Positions 27,643 to 37,667 of a DNA stretch of 64,000 nucleotides are shown here, one piece after another. The DNA lies in NCBI GenBank assembly GCA_040414495.1, contig JBEDUI010000081.1:528-64527 (forward strand), read 5' to 3'. Both the position numbers and the translations under genes were made by a program. Under the pieces are notes generated by a model. That model saw only the letters and a list, made by a program, of their open reading frames with translations, made no database searches and was not told the DNA's origin. The stretch comes from Mycobacteriales bacterium. GTDB taxonomy: Bacteria; Actinomycetota; Actinomycetes; Mycobacteriales; QHCD01. Position 1 is the stretch's first letter. Every line of letters starts with the position of its first letter.

Positions 27643-27759
27643 GAGTGACTCCTCTGCCCTCGGGCCAGAGCTGGATTTCGGATCAGTGTTGTCGCACGCT
27701 AGCGCGCCGGGAGGACCCGCCGCTTGACTTGTCCACCGATCCAGCTGGCTGGGTTAGGG

Positions 27760-28053
27760 CTACTTGCGACCCGGTCGGATGACCTTGGTGCGCAGCACCG
27801 CATCGGTGAGGTTGAGCTGACGGTCCAGCTCGGCCACCGTGTGTGCCTCGGCCTGCAGGTCGATCACGGCGTAGATGCCCTCGACGCGCTTCTTGATTTC
27901 GTACGCGAGACGGCGGCGACCCCAGATGTCGACGTTTTCCACAGCGCCGCCGTCATTGCGGACCACGCCGAGGAAGGTGTCGAGCGATGGAGCGACGGTG
28001 CGTTCCTCAAGATCGGGATCGAGGATCACCATCAGTTCGTAATGACGCAACAT
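27760..28053 (-). CDS. rpsF: 30S ribosomal protein S6
   Basis: ORF 27760..28254 trimmed to ATG 28053 (AGGAGG upstream): [28 protein letters not shown]... Confidence 0.95.
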   Translation of the reverse strand: MLRHYELMVILDPDLEERTVAPSLDTFLGVVRNDGGAVENVDIWGRRRLAYEIKKRVEGIYAVIDLQAEAHTVAELDRQLNLTDAVLRTKVIRPGRK

Positions 28054-28196
28054 CCACTCACCTCCTGTGGACTGGAACGGCCGCGGACCTTCCGCGGCAG
28101 GAGGGTGTGCGTCGACCATCGCGCACGCTCGGGTGGTTGATGGTCTGGCGGTTCGCGATCGACGCGAAACCTCAAACAGCGTACCGGAAGAAATCA

Positions 28197-28271
28197 GGGC
28201 ACCTGACCAGCCGGTTGCCGGCGCCGGATCCCGGGTGGATCCGATCGCCGTCAACTGGCTGGCCGGTGCCC
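28197..28271 (-). terminator. large imperfect stem-loop after the 357-aa secreted-protein gene, upstream of rpsF
   Basis: GGGCACC..CCAGCC (28197-28212) pairs with GGCTGG..GGTGCCC (28257-28271). An inner CGGATCC/GGATCCG hairpin is present. On the minus strand it is followed by TGATTTCTTCC. Confidence 0.5.
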
Positions 28272-28291
28272 TTTGAGTCTTTGTGTGCGGG

Positions 28292-29365
28292 TTAGGCGGT
28301 CCGACGCTGGGTGACGAGCGTACGGACCAGAGCCAGGGCGACCGTGCTGAGCAACGCGATCGCCGCGATCACCGACCAGTTGGCGCCGAGGGGTGACCCG
28401 GCTGAGCTGGTCGAAGCCGTCGTGTCCAATGCCCGCTCGGGCGGAGCCTGGTGGTTCTTGGAACCACCGTTCGAGTTGCCACCGCCCGGACCGTCGGACT
28501 TGTGGCCGGCGGCCGCACTGCTGCTGCTGGTGGACACGGGTTCCTGGGTGTGGCGGGGCGACCGGTGAGTCGCCGGCCGGGTGGAACTGGCCGTGGGTGT
28601 CGGCTCGGTGGTGCCGGTGCCGTGGGTCTGGCCGCTGCCACCGTGGTCGCTCCCGCCCCGGCCCGGCGGCGGCATGACCTGGCTGGCCACATCCGAGGGC
28701 GGCGGGGTGTAGCCGGAAATGGTCGGCGACGACTGGCCGCCACCGCTGCCCGAACCGGAGGTGGGGCCGGCCGATGACGACGCTTTACTGGTCGGCTGGG
28801 CCGGCGGTGGCGTGCTGGTCTTGCCCTGAGTCGGCGACGGAGCGCTCGACGACGTGGCCGGCGGTGTCGACTTGGCCGGTGTCGCGGCAACCGTGATCTG
28901 CCCGTGGAACGTTTCGCTCTGTGGATCCGTAGCGAGACCGAGCAGCGCGTGGCCCTGGTACGTGGCCGAGAAGTTGACGACGAACGGCTTGCTGCCGGAG
29001 CTGTACCCGGGGACGACCCGCTCCTGGTTGCGTTCGACCGTGAACTGCTGCTGGGTGGCACCGGTCACGGTGACCGTGACCGAACGCAGGGTGCCGCTGA
29101 GCGCCCCGATTACGGGCACGCTCTGGCTCGGGTCGATGTCGTTGCTGAACACGACGTCGGAGCCTGGTGCGATGGTGACCGAGGTCTGTCCCTTGTGGTC
29201 ACCAATTTGGATCCCGTTGGCGGTGAAGTGCACTACGGCGGTGCTAGCGGCACCAGCCGAATGCGACGTCAACCCGACAATTCCTATACCGATCGCCGCG
29301 GCGGCGGTCGCAACTGCACCAATGCGACGCGCCGCTCGCGGGACCCCCGAACTCGTACCGCGCAT
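28292..29365 (-). CDS. exported protein: N-terminal ~120-aa conserved domain, long Ser/Thr/Pro/Gly linker, C-terminal hydrophobic anchor; function unknown
   Basis: Signal-like N-terminus ([28 protein letters not shown]). The domain contains [40 protein letters not shown]. The C-terminus is [30 protein letters not shown]. Paralogous to the next gene. Confidence 0.7.
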   Translation of the reverse strand: MRGTSSGVPRAARRIGAVATAAAAIGIGIVGLTSHSAGAASTAVVHFTANGIQIGDHKGQTSVTIAPGSDVVFSNDIDPSQSVPVIGALSGTLRSVTVTVTGATQQQFTVERNQERVVPGYSSGSKPFVVNFSATYQGHALLGLATDPQSETFHGQITVAATPAKSTPPATSSSAPSPTQGKTSTPPPAQPTSKASSSAGPTSGSGSGGGQSSPTISGYTPPPSDVASQVMPPPGRGGSDHGGSGQTHGTGTTEPTPTASSTRPATHRSPRHTQEPVSTSSSSAAAGHKSDGPGGGNSNGGSKNHQAPPERALDTTASTSSAGSPLGANWSVIAAIALLSTVALALVRTLVTQRRTA

Positions 29366-29389
29366 TCCTACTCCAAAGGAGGCGAATCG

Positions 29390-29962
29390 CTACTTGTGAG
29401 TGACCGACGCCGCGGAGGGGACCTTGGCGTTACCTGGAACTGGCGCGCGCGAAATCGGCGACGCGGCCACGGTGAGCGTGCCCGACTTTGTCGCGCTCGG
29501 GCCGGGCACCAGGCCAGCCACCAGCTTGGAGTCGTAGTTGCTCCGGTAGCGGATGACGACCTTCTGGTTGCCCGAGAAGTACGGGCCGACGGTCGCCTTC
29601 TGACCCGGGGCGAGCGTGAACGGCTTCTGGGTCGCGCCGCTGACGGTGACCGTCACGGTGTTGAGGGCACCGGTGACCGTACCCAGCACCGGCGTCTTCG
29701 CAGTCGGGTCAATGTCGTTCTCGAAGACGACTTTCTGGCCGTAACGGATGGACAGCGAGGACGGTGTCGCTCCACTGCCGGTGAACGCGATCTTTGGCGT
29801 CGCGGAGGCGGCGGCTGGCTGCGGGGCCGCACCCGAGGGAGCAACTCCCCAGGCCACGCCGGCCCCGACGGCGGCGACTGCGACAACACCGAGAGCGGTG
29901 CGGCGCGAGAGACGCGGTACGCGAATCCCCATGCTTGGCATCACTTTCTCCCAAATAGGCAT
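29390..29962 (-). CDS. exported protein, single-domain paralog of the 28292-29365 product; function unknown
   Basis: Signal with RR (RLSRRTALGVVAVAAVGAGVAWG, possibly Tat-like). The domain contains VVFENDIDPTAKTPVLGTVTGALNTVTVTVSGATQKPFTL. The start may be an internal Met at 29941 or 29932. Confidence 0.65.
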   Translation of the reverse strand: MPIWEKVMPSMGIRVPRLSRRTALGVVAVAAVGAGVAWGVAPSGAAPQPAAASATPKIAFTGSGATPSSLSIRYGQKVVFENDIDPTAKTPVLGTVTGALNTVTVTVSGATQKPFTLAPGQKATVGPYFSGNQKVVIRYRSNYDSKLVAGLVPGPSATKSGTLTVAASPISRAPVPGNAKVPSAASVTHK

Positions 29963-30259
29963 TTGTAGTTAGCCCCGACCTTGCGGGCCGTGGGTGGAGC
30001 GATGGGCCCGATGGCGCTGGGCCGCTGGGTGTAACGCCGGGATAACGACCGGCGCGAGCAAAAGTAACGCAGATCGTCGGCTATATGACACACGGTCGCA
30101 CGAAGGACCTGCTCCTCCCGATTGCGGCTACCATATCGACTATTCCTGGACACAGTCCGTAGCGCAAGCGGGGCAGCGAGTGACCGCCGTTCGGCTGGTG
30201 GCGCAATTCCGGTCAGCCGCCGAAAAAAGATCGTCAGGGTCGCACCGTAGCCTGACCGC

Positions 30260-31036
30260 ATGGTTGCGATTGGTGCCCATGTCGACCCAGAGGACCCGCT
30301 GGCCGCCGCGGCCGAGCGAGGCGCCGACATCGTTCAGTTCTTCCTTGCCGATCCGCAGGACTGGAAGAGTCCGCGTCCGCGCGCCGACGCCGAGCAGATC
30401 CGGAACGCGCCGACCCAGGTCGTCATCCACGCGCCGTACGTGATGAACGTGGCGTCCCGTAACAACCGGATCCGCATCCCCAGCCGCAAGCTGATCCACG
30501 CCCACGCCAAGGCGGCGGCGACGGTCGGCGCGATCGGCCTGGTGGTGCACGGCGGCCACGTCGGTGCGAAGGAAGATCCGACCGAAGGCGTGGAGAACTG
30601 GCGCAAGCTGTTCGTCCGGGCCGCCGATGACGGCGGTTTCGGGGTACAGATCCTGATTGAGAACACGGCCGGCGGCGACAACGCCATGACCCGTGAGCTG
30701 GACCGGCTGGCGGCGCTGTGGGACGCGATCGGCGAGTTCGAGCCGGGCTTCTGCCTGGATACCTGCCATGCGTTCTCGGCCGGCATCGACCTGTCCGACG
30801 TGGTCGACCGCGTCATGGGCATCACCGGCCGGATCGATCTGGTGCACGCCAACAACTCACGCGACGAGTTCGGGTCCAGCCGGGACCGGCACGCCAACCT
30901 GAAGGCCGGCCAGATCGATCCGGCGCAGATTGCCGGCGTCGTGGCCGCGGCCGGCGCGCCGGTGGTCGTCGAGACGCCGGGCGGCGCGGCCGAGCACATC
31001 GAAGACATCGGGTTGCTGCGCGAGCAGCTCGCTTAG
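30260..31036 (+). CDS. nfo: deoxyribonuclease IV (endonuclease IV)
   Basis: TIM-barrel AP endonuclease 2 pattern: IGAHV...VIHAPYVMNVAS...GLVVHGG...ILIENTAGG...CLDTCHAFSAG...VHANNSRDEFGSSRDRH. Confidence 0.88.
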   Translation: MVAIGAHVDPEDPLAAAAERGADIVQFFLADPQDWKSPRPRADAEQIRNAPTQVVIHAPYVMNVASRNNRIRIPSRKLIHAHAKAAATVGAIGLVVHGGHVGAKEDPTEGVENWRKLFVRAADDGGFGVQILIENTAGGDNAMTRELDRLAALWDAIGEFEPGFCLDTCHAFSAGIDLSDVVDRVMGITGRIDLVHANNSRDEFGSSRDRHANLKAGQIDPAQIAGVVAAAGAPVVVETPGGAAEHIEDIGLLREQLA

Positions 31037-31052
31037 GACTGCGAGGCGTGTC

Positions 31053-31907
31053 ATGAGCAACAACGTGGATGCTCCCGTCGGCCGCGTCTGGCTGATCACC
31101 GGCGCCTCGTCCGGGTTCGGCCGGGCGATCACCGAGGCCGCGCTGCAGGCCGGCGACACGGTGGTCGCGGCCGCCCGGCGTACCGAGGCGGTGGCCGATC
31201 TGGCCGCCGCCCACCCCGACCGGCTCAGCCCGATCGCGCTCGATGTCACCGACTCGGCCCGGATCGCGGAGGTCGTGGCCGAGGTGATCCGCCGGTACGG
31301 GCGGATCGACGTTTTGGTCAACAACGCCGGTCACGGCATGGTCGGCGCGGCGGAGGAGACCACGGACGCGGAGCTGCGCGAGCTGATGGAGGTGCACTTC
31401 TTCGGACCGGCCGCGCTGACCCGGGCCGTACTCCCGCACATGCGCCGGCAGGGCTCGGGCGCCATCGTGCAGATGACCAGCCAGGGCGGTCAGCTCGCGT
31501 TCGCTGGCGTCTCGGCCTACTGCGCTACGAAGTTCGCGTTGGAAGGCTTCTCCGAGGCGTTGGCGGCGGAGGTCGGACCGCTCGGCATCGACGTACTCAT
31601 CGTGGAGCCCGGCTCGTTTCGGACCCGACTCTTCGGCGGTGGCCTACACCAGTCGGGCCGTATCGACGCCTACGACCAGACGGTCGGACCGGTGCGGGAC
31701 ATGATGGCCAGCGGCGACGGGACCCAGCCGGGCGACCCGGCCAAGGCGGCCGCCGCCATTCTCACGGCGCTGGCGGCCGACCGCACCCCGTTGCGACTGC
31801 CCTTGGGCGCCGACGCGGTCGACGCGCTCATCGCGCACGCCGACGGGGTAAGGGCAGAGCTGTTGGCCTGGGAACAGATCAGTCGCAATACCGCACTGGC
31901 CGACTGA
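31053..31907 (+). CDS. SDR family oxidoreductase
   Basis: ORF trimmed to ATG 31053. VWLITGASSGFGRA (TGxxxGxG), NNAG, and YCATKFALEG (YxxxK). Confidence 0.85.
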   Translation: MSNNVDAPVGRVWLITGASSGFGRAITEAALQAGDTVVAAARRTEAVADLAAAHPDRLSPIALDVTDSARIAEVVAEVIRRYGRIDVLVNNAGHGMVGAAEETTDAELRELMEVHFFGPAALTRAVLPHMRRQGSGAIVQMTSQGGQLAFAGVSAYCATKFALEGFSEALAAEVGPLGIDVLIVEPGSFRTRLFGGGLHQSGRIDAYDQTVGPVRDMMASGDGTQPGDPAKAAAAILTALAADRTPLRLPLGADAVDALIAHADGVRAELLAWEQISRNTALAD

Positions 31908-31973
31908 CCATCCCGGATGCGGGACGATAGGCGCCATGTGGGGGACGCGTATCCGTAGCGAAACAGCCGCACC

Positions 31974-33338
31974 ATGACCGAGCCACAGCTACGCCGGATC
32001 CGATGGTGGGCCGACCCGCTCGTCGTGATCGCGCTGGTGGCGTTGGCGGCGTTGCTGCTGGGGGCCTGGCTCATCAAGCAGGGCTGCATCGGCCCGCACT
32101 ACGACCAGTTCGGCATCTCCAGCGCCTTCGGGCCGAACCGCCACAAGGACTACTGCTACTCCGACATCCAACAGCTCTGGCCCTCCCGCGGCATCTCCAC
32201 CCACGTCTTCCCGTACCTACACGGCAATCTGCGGGACGGGGCGCTGACCGGCAGCACGGTCGAGTACCCGGTGCTGACCGGACTGTTCATCTGGCTGACC
32301 GCGCTTGCCGCCCACAACGATGGTCAGTTCATGGCCATCTCGGCCGCCTGCCTGGCCCCGTTCGCGTTGCTGACCGGTGCGCTGCTGGCCCGGCTGACCG
32401 GCCGCCGGGCGCTGATCTTCGCCGCGGCACCGGCGATCCTGTTCTACGCATTCCTGAACTGGGACCTGCTGGCCGTGGCCGCCTTCGTCGCTGCGGTGTG
32501 GTGCTGGTGGCGGGGGCGGCCGGTGAGCGCGGCCGTGCTGCTCGGTGTCGGCGCGGCGTTGAAGCTCTATCCGGGGCTGGGCATCGTGCCGCTGGCCCTG
32601 GCCTTGCTGGTCGAGCGGGACCGGGCCGGCGCGGCCAAGGTGGTCGCCGCCGGCGTCGGTACGTTCATCCTGATCAATCTGCCGTTCGTGCTGGCGAACC
32701 CGCGCGGCTGGTGGGCTACGTACGCGTTCCAGTCGGCCCGGCCCGCCGATATCACCACGAACTCGATCTGGTTCTGGGGTACGCCTTCACTGTCCACCCA
32801 CGACCTGAACCAGCTCACCACCGGACTCATCCTCGCGGCCTGGCTGGTCGCGGTCGGCGTCGGCTGGCTGCGCACCCGCGGCGGTGGACCGTACCCGTGG
32901 TTGCAGGTCACCGCCGCCATGACCTGCGCGTTTCTGGTGCTGAACAAGGTGCATTCGCCGCAGTACGTGTTGTGGGTGCTGCCGTTCCTGGCGCTGATCA
33001 AGGTGCGGTGGGGCTGGTGGGTGGCGTACTGGGTGTTCGACGCGCTGCTGTTCTTCGGTCTCGACCGCTGGTTCTACGTCATCGCGCAGGGTGGTGACGA
33101 CAGCCTGGTCAAGCAGTTGGTCATCCTCGGCGTGTGGGGTCGGGCCGGGACGCTGGCCCTGCTCTACGTGGTATTTCTCGTCACGCCGCTGGCGCTCAAG
33201 CCGGCGAACCGTTGGTCCTTGCCGGTCCAGCCGTCGGGGGCGCCGTCGAGCACCCCGCCGGCCGGATCGTCGACACCGTCGGCCCGCACCACATCCCGAT
33301 CCGGCGCGAGCACGTCCCGGACCACCAGCACGCCGTAA
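31974..33338 (+). CDS. polytopic membrane protein, GT87/DUF2029-type glycosyltransferase-like (Rv0051-like)
   Basis: Many TM segments. Shares with the next gene the motifs CYSDI..L, VEYPVLTGLF, FLNWDLLAVA, GAALKLYP and KVHSPQY. Confidence 0.75.
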   Translation: MTEPQLRRIRWWADPLVVIALVALAALLLGAWLIKQGCIGPHYDQFGISSAFGPNRHKDYCYSDIQQLWPSRGISTHVFPYLHGNLRDGALTGSTVEYPVLTGLFIWLTALAAHNDGQFMAISAACLAPFALLTGALLARLTGRRALIFAAAPAILFYAFLNWDLLAVAAFVAAVWCWWRGRPVSAAVLLGVGAALKLYPGLGIVPLALALLVERDRAGAAKVVAAGVGTFILINLPFVLANPRGWWATYAFQSARPADITTNSIWFWGTPSLSTHDLNQLTTGLILAAWLVAVGVGWLRTRGGGPYPWLQVTAAMTCAFLVLNKVHSPQYVLWVLPFLALIKVRWGWWVAYWVFDALLFFGLDRWFYVIAQGGDDSLVKQLVILGVWGRAGTLALLYVVFLVTPLALKPANRWSLPVQPSGAPSSTPPAGSSTPSARTTSRSGASTSRTTSTP

Positions 33339-35251
33339 AGCACCACCATCAGGTCCCGGACCACCACGACGAGCAGGAACCAGGACTGGTCCAGGCCACG
33401 CACCAGCACGTGGTAGCCCTGGTTGGCATAGTCCTGCTGTTGCATCTGCAGGAACCAGTACATACGCGGGAACCACAGCAGCACCTCGACCGCCTGCCAG
33501 GCCAGGTACGAGCGCCACGAGGGCCGGGCCAGCACCGCCAACGGCACCAGCCACAACGAGTACTGCGGGCTCCACACCTTGTTGGTCAGCAGGAATCCGG
33601 CGACCAGCAGGAACGCCAACTGCGCCACGCGGGGCCGGCGCGGCGCGAAGAGGCCGAGCGCCCCGACACCGAGGCACACCAACACGAACAGCGCCATCGT
33701 GGCGGCGTTCAGCGTGCTCTTGGGGATCGTGGTGCCACCGGCGATCTGCTGCCCGACGTTCCACAATGTGTCCGGGTCGGCCAACCGGCTGGAGTTCAAC
33801 GTGAAGAACTGCTTCCACGCGGTCGGCCACAGCAGCGCGATCGGAATGTTGACCACGGCCCAGCCGACGATCGCCGTACCGAGCGTGACCCCGAATTCCC
33901 GCATCCGCCGGGTTCGCAGGCACAGCACCAACAGCGGGCCGAGCAGGAACAACGGATACAGCTTGGCCGCCGCGCCGAGTCCGAACAGCAGTCCGGCCAG
34001 GCCGTGCCGGCGCCGGGACCAGGCAAGCATTCCGCACGTGGCCAGCGCGACCGCGAACAGATCCCAGTTGGTGAACGCGTGCAGGAACAGCACCGGCGAG
34101 AGCGCCACCATCGCGGCGTCCCAGACCCGGCGGCGGGCCAGCCGGGACACCGCCCAGACGATCACCAGCGCGCAGATGGCCAGCATGATGACCGTGACCT
34201 GCCAGTAGGTCTCGACCGGCGGGGGACGGGGCAGGCCCGAGACGTTGGCCGCGACGCGGTCGTACCCGTGCGCCACCTCGGCCGCGGCGTACATGAAGAA
34301 GCCGGTCAGGACCGGATACTCCATGAGCTGGTTCGGGTCCTGGTTGTGGTACGGCACTTTCTGCTGATCCAGGCCCTTCCCGCTGTACAGCGGGATCACG
34401 TCCGAATAGCACATCCAGACGTATTCCTTGCCCAGCACGAACGCCTTCTGGTTGTTGTTCGTGGCGACCTGCTGGGAGAGCGTCCAGTTGCCGGACTGAC
34501 ACGGCGCCTTCTGCACCCAGCCGAGCAGAAGGGTGAAGATCGCGAACGCCAGTAGCACCCGTAACGGCGTCCAGAACCATTGCCGGCCGATCACGCCGTG
34601 CCGGCCCCACGGCCCGCCGACGACGGTGCTCGCGCCGCGGACGACGGAGTCGCTGCGGCTGGGTACGACCCGCCCGATCAGGCCTCGGCCTACGACCGGA
34701 GAGCCGACGCTGGGCCGGGTCGGCCGGTTTTCCGGTCCCGGTCCGGGCGACGGTGGCTCTGGTCTGTTCGGGGCGAGCCGGATATCGGGTCCTGGCTGTG
34801 GTGGTGCCGCTGGTACGGGCCGCGGTTGAGTCTGGTCTATCGGCTTCGCAGGCGGTCGCGGCTCTCGCTCGGCGGCCGGCGTCGGCTGCGGTGCTCCCGA
34901 CTGCGGCTCTCGCTCGGCGTGCGGTGTCGGCGGGGGCGGTGCTGGCTGTGGCGTTGGGTCGGGATGCCTGGCCTCCACCGGTACCGGTTCGGCCTGTTGT
35001 GCTGTGGCGTCGGTCGACGTCGGCTCAGCCGACGCCGGGTCGGCCGGTGCCGGCTCCGGCCGGCGTGCATTCCCCGGCACCGGGCCGGGCCCGGGTGGGG
35101 GCGTGCCGGCGCGGGAGGATGGCCTCGGCTCGTTGCCGTTCGATCGGCCGTTCGACGCTGGCTCATCGTGGCCATGCGTGCGCTCGGCCGGCTCGGTTTC
35201 CCTCTCGCTCACGGGCCCCATGCTGCCGTACGCGGCTGTGTGCCCACACAC
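33164..35251 (-). CDS. polytopic membrane protein, GT87/DUF2029-type (Rv0051-like) with ~230-aa Pro-rich N-terminal extension
   Basis: MCYSDVIPLY, MEYPVLTGFF, FTNWDLFAVA, GAAAKLYP and KVWSPQY are paralogous to 31974..33338. It follows ponA on the same strand. The start could be ATG 35251 or 35221. Confidence 0.8.
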   Translation of the reverse strand: MCGHTAAYGSMGPVSERETEPAERTHGHDEPASNGRSNGNEPRPSSRAGTPPPGPGPVPGNARRPEPAPADPASAEPTSTDATAQQAEPVPVEARHPDPTPQPAPPPPTPHAEREPQSGAPQPTPAAEREPRPPAKPIDQTQPRPVPAAPPQPGPDIRLAPNRPEPPSPGPGPENRPTRPSVGSPVVGRGLIGRVVPSRSDSVVRGASTVVGGPWGRHGVIGRQWFWTPLRVLLAFAIFTLLLGWVQKAPCQSGNWTLSQQVATNNNQKAFVLGKEYVWMCYSDVIPLYSGKGLDQQKVPYHNQDPNQLMEYPVLTGFFMYAAAEVAHGYDRVAANVSGLPRPPPVETYWQVTVIMLAICALVIVWAVSRLARRRVWDAAMVALSPVLFLHAFTNWDLFAVALATCGMLAWSRRRHGLAGLLFGLGAAAKLYPLFLLGPLLVLCLRTRRMREFGVTLGTAIVGWAVVNIPIALLWPTAWKQFFTLNSSRLADPDTLWNVGQQIAGGTTIPKSTLNAATMALFVLVCLGVGALGLFAPRRPRVAQLAFLLVAGFLLTNKVWSPQYSLWLVPLAVLARPSWRSYLAWQAVEVLLWFPRMYWFLQMQQQDYANQGYHVLVRGLDQSWFLLVVVVRDLMVVLYGVLVVRDVLAPDRDVVRADGVDDPAGGVLDGAPDGWTGKDQRFAGLSASGVTRNTT

Positions 35252-35269
35252 CCCCGCATGGTGTACGGG

Positions 35270-37606
35270 TCAACCAGCGGAGTTGGCGGAGGTCGCCGGT
35301 GCGTTGGTAGGCGGCGAGGACGGACTGGACGAGCGCGGTGCGAGCGTGACCGGCGCGGTCGGTGGTGCCGGCGGCAGGTTCGTGGGCGGCGCGGTCGTTG
35401 GCGGCGGTGTCGTGGTCGGCGGAGCGGTGCTCGTTGGGGGCTGCGTTGTGGGCGGAGGCGTGGTCGTGGGCGGGGTGGTCGTGGGTGCCTGCGTCGGCGG
35501 GAGGGTGGTCGGGACGCTGCTGGATGGTGGCGCGGTCGGAATCGTGCTCGGCAGGCTGCTGCTGGTCGCCGGCGGCACCGAGTCACCGCTGCCGTTGATC
35601 ACCGGCGCGGCCGGCAACGGCTGGTTCGGGCTGTCGGCCAGGTAGGCGTCCATGAACGCCTGCCACGTCTTGCCCGGAAGCCCCGAGCCGTAGACGATTT
35701 CGCCGGCAGCGTTGACGATCGGATCGCTGCCGTCGGTGCCGACCCAGACGGCGGCCGAGACCTTCGGGGTGAAGCCGGCCATCCACGCGTCCTTGTTCTG
35801 CCCGGTCTCGGCCAGCTGCGCGGTACCGGTCTTGGACGCGGTCTGCCGGTCACCGGCCAGCCCGTCGCCGGATGAGCTGGCAACCTGCTCCATCGAGTAC
35901 GTGACGTCGTTGGCGACCTGCGGGGTGAAGACCCGCTTGCCGGCCGGCGTGTGCTGGTAGAGCACCCGCCCCGAGCTGTCGGTGACCTGCTGCACGAAGT
36001 ACGGCGTGTGGCTCACGCCGCCGTCGGCCAGCGTGGCGTAACCGGACGCCTGGTCGATCGGCCGCACCTCGTACTGACCGATCGAAATACCGCCGCCGAC
36101 CTGGCCGTCGCTGTTCTGCAGCGTGGGCTGGTGGTTGTCGTTGCGACGGGTCGGAATGCCGGCCGCGTGCGCGGAGGCGGCCACGGTCTTCGGTCCGACC
36201 TGCAGCCCGATCTTGTAGAAGACGGTGTTCAGCGACATCGTCATGGCCGTGGTGACCGAGCAGAATGAACACGACTCGCCGTCGGAGTTGTGCACGACGA
36301 CGCCGCCGAGCAGCTGACCGCTGGAGCCGTCGTACTCGGTGTTGTCGGTGATATCGGCCTTGCCCTGCTGGGTCTGGGTCAGCGCGGCGGCCAGCACGTA
36401 CGGTTTGAACGTCGACCCGGGCTGCCGCCACGCCTGGGCGTAGTCGAAGCCGTCGCCGCTGGATCCGCCGTAATACGCGAGCACCTTGCCGCTGGACGGG
36501 TCGATCGCGACCAACGCCTGTCGTAGGTTCTTTGGCTGCCCGGCGAACGTCTGGTCCACCGCCGCTTCAGCGTCCTGCTGGGCCTTCGGGTCGATCGTGG
36601 TGACGATCTTCAGGCCGTCCCGGTTGAGCGTGGACTCGTCGACACCATTGGCCGCCAGCTCGGCCTTTACCTGGGCGACGACGTAACCGGCCGGCCCGGA
36701 GGCCTGGTTGAGGGTGGCGTCGCGCCCGATCGGCTTGACGGTCGGATACCGCAGCGTCGCCGCCTGCTGACTGGTGAGCTTGCCCATTTTCACCATGCCG
36801 TTGATAACGAATTGCCAGCGGGCCTTGGCGTTGGCCGGATGGTTTTCCGGGTCGTACAGCGCCGGGGAACGAATGCTGGAGGCCAACACCGCGCCCTGGG
36901 CCACGTTCAGCTCGTTGACCGGCTTTCCGAAATACGTTTCGGCGGCGGCCTCAATGCCGTACGCGCCACGGCCGAAATAGATCGTGTTGAGATACCAATC
37001 CAGGATCTGGTCCTTGGAATACTTCCGATCCAGCTTGACCGCGATAAAGATTTCCCGGAATTTGCGGCTGAACGTGCGCTTCTGGGTGAGGAACGCGTTT
37101 TTCACGTACTGCTGGGTAATCGTCGACCCACCCTGCACGCTTCCACCGCGAATGTCCTCCCACGCGGCCCGGGCAATGCCTTTAGGCGAGATGCCTGGTT
37201 CGGAATAGAAACCGCGGTCCTCGGCCGCGAGCACGTCATTACGCACCTGGACCGGCACCTTGGTGAGCGGAACGTCGGTACGGTTCTGCGCGCCGATCTT
37301 TGCCATCACGGTCTTGCCGTCGGAGTACGTGATCGTCGAAACCTGGTTGGTGGAAATCTGGCTCGGCTTCGGCACCTTGGTCGTGACGTAAAGGAACGTC
37401 ACGCCGCCGATCATGATCAGCAATAGCACCAGGGCGCTGGAGAGGGCGATCTTCCAGCGGCGGCGACGACGCTTCCGCCGCTCAGGGGAGCGCCGATCGG
37501 GTCGCTTCTTCTTCCGTGGCCGCAGATCCTGTTCCGACCATGGCATCGTGCCCCCGTCGTCGAACAGCGGACCGGTTCGGTCCGAGTCCCACGAATCCTT
37601 GCTCAC
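35270..37606 (-). CDS. ponA: class A penicillin-binding protein (bifunctional transglycosylase/transpeptidase, PonA1-like)
   Basis: GT51 motifs (AAEDRGFY, GGSTITQQYVKN, RKxxE) and transpeptidase STFKP (SxxK), SDG and KTGT. The tail is Pro/Thr-rich. Confidence 0.95.
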   Translation of the reverse strand: MSKDSWDSDRTGPLFDDGGTMPWSEQDLRPRKKKRPDRRSPERRKRRRRRWKIALSSALVLLLIMIGGVTFLYVTTKVPKPSQISTNQVSTITYSDGKTVMAKIGAQNRTDVPLTKVPVQVRNDVLAAEDRGFYSEPGISPKGIARAAWEDIRGGSVQGGSTITQQYVKNAFLTQKRTFSRKFREIFIAVKLDRKYSKDQILDWYLNTIYFGRGAYGIEAAAETYFGKPVNELNVAQGAVLASSIRSPALYDPENHPANAKARWQFVINGMVKMGKLTSQQAATLRYPTVKPIGRDATLNQASGPAGYVVAQVKAELAANGVDESTLNRDGLKIVTTIDPKAQQDAEAAVDQTFAGQPKNLRQALVAIDPSSGKVLAYYGGSSGDGFDYAQAWRQPGSTFKPYVLAAALTQTQQGKADITDNTEYDGSSGQLLGGVVVHNSDGESCSFCSVTTAMTMSLNTVFYKIGLQVGPKTVAASAHAAGIPTRRNDNHQPTLQNSDGQVGGGISIGQYEVRPIDQASGYATLADGGVSHTPYFVQQVTDSSGRVLYQHTPAGKRVFTPQVANDVTYSMEQVASSSGDGLAGDRQTASKTGTAQLAETGQNKDAWMAGFTPKVSAAVWVGTDGSDPIVNAAGEIVYGSGLPGKTWQAFMDAYLADSPNQPLPAAPVINGSGDSVPPATSSSLPSTIPTAPPSSSVPTTLPPTQAPTTTPPTTTPPPTTQPPTSTAPPTTTPPPTTAPPTNLPPAPPTAPVTLAPRSSSPSSPPTNAPATSANSAG

Positions 37607-37667
37607 GGCCTACAGTCTCCTCGCGAGATCGGGTCCTCTGGTGACGACCCGACCGAGGTCGACTCGA

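Noticed and set aside
28054-28196. Possible S6:S18-binding rpsF leader RNA in the 5' UTR of rpsF
   Set aside because: Several small hairpins exist (TTCGCG..CGCGAA, CCGCGG-AAGGT-CCGCGG), but I cannot verify the conserved motif from memory. An Rfam scan is needed.
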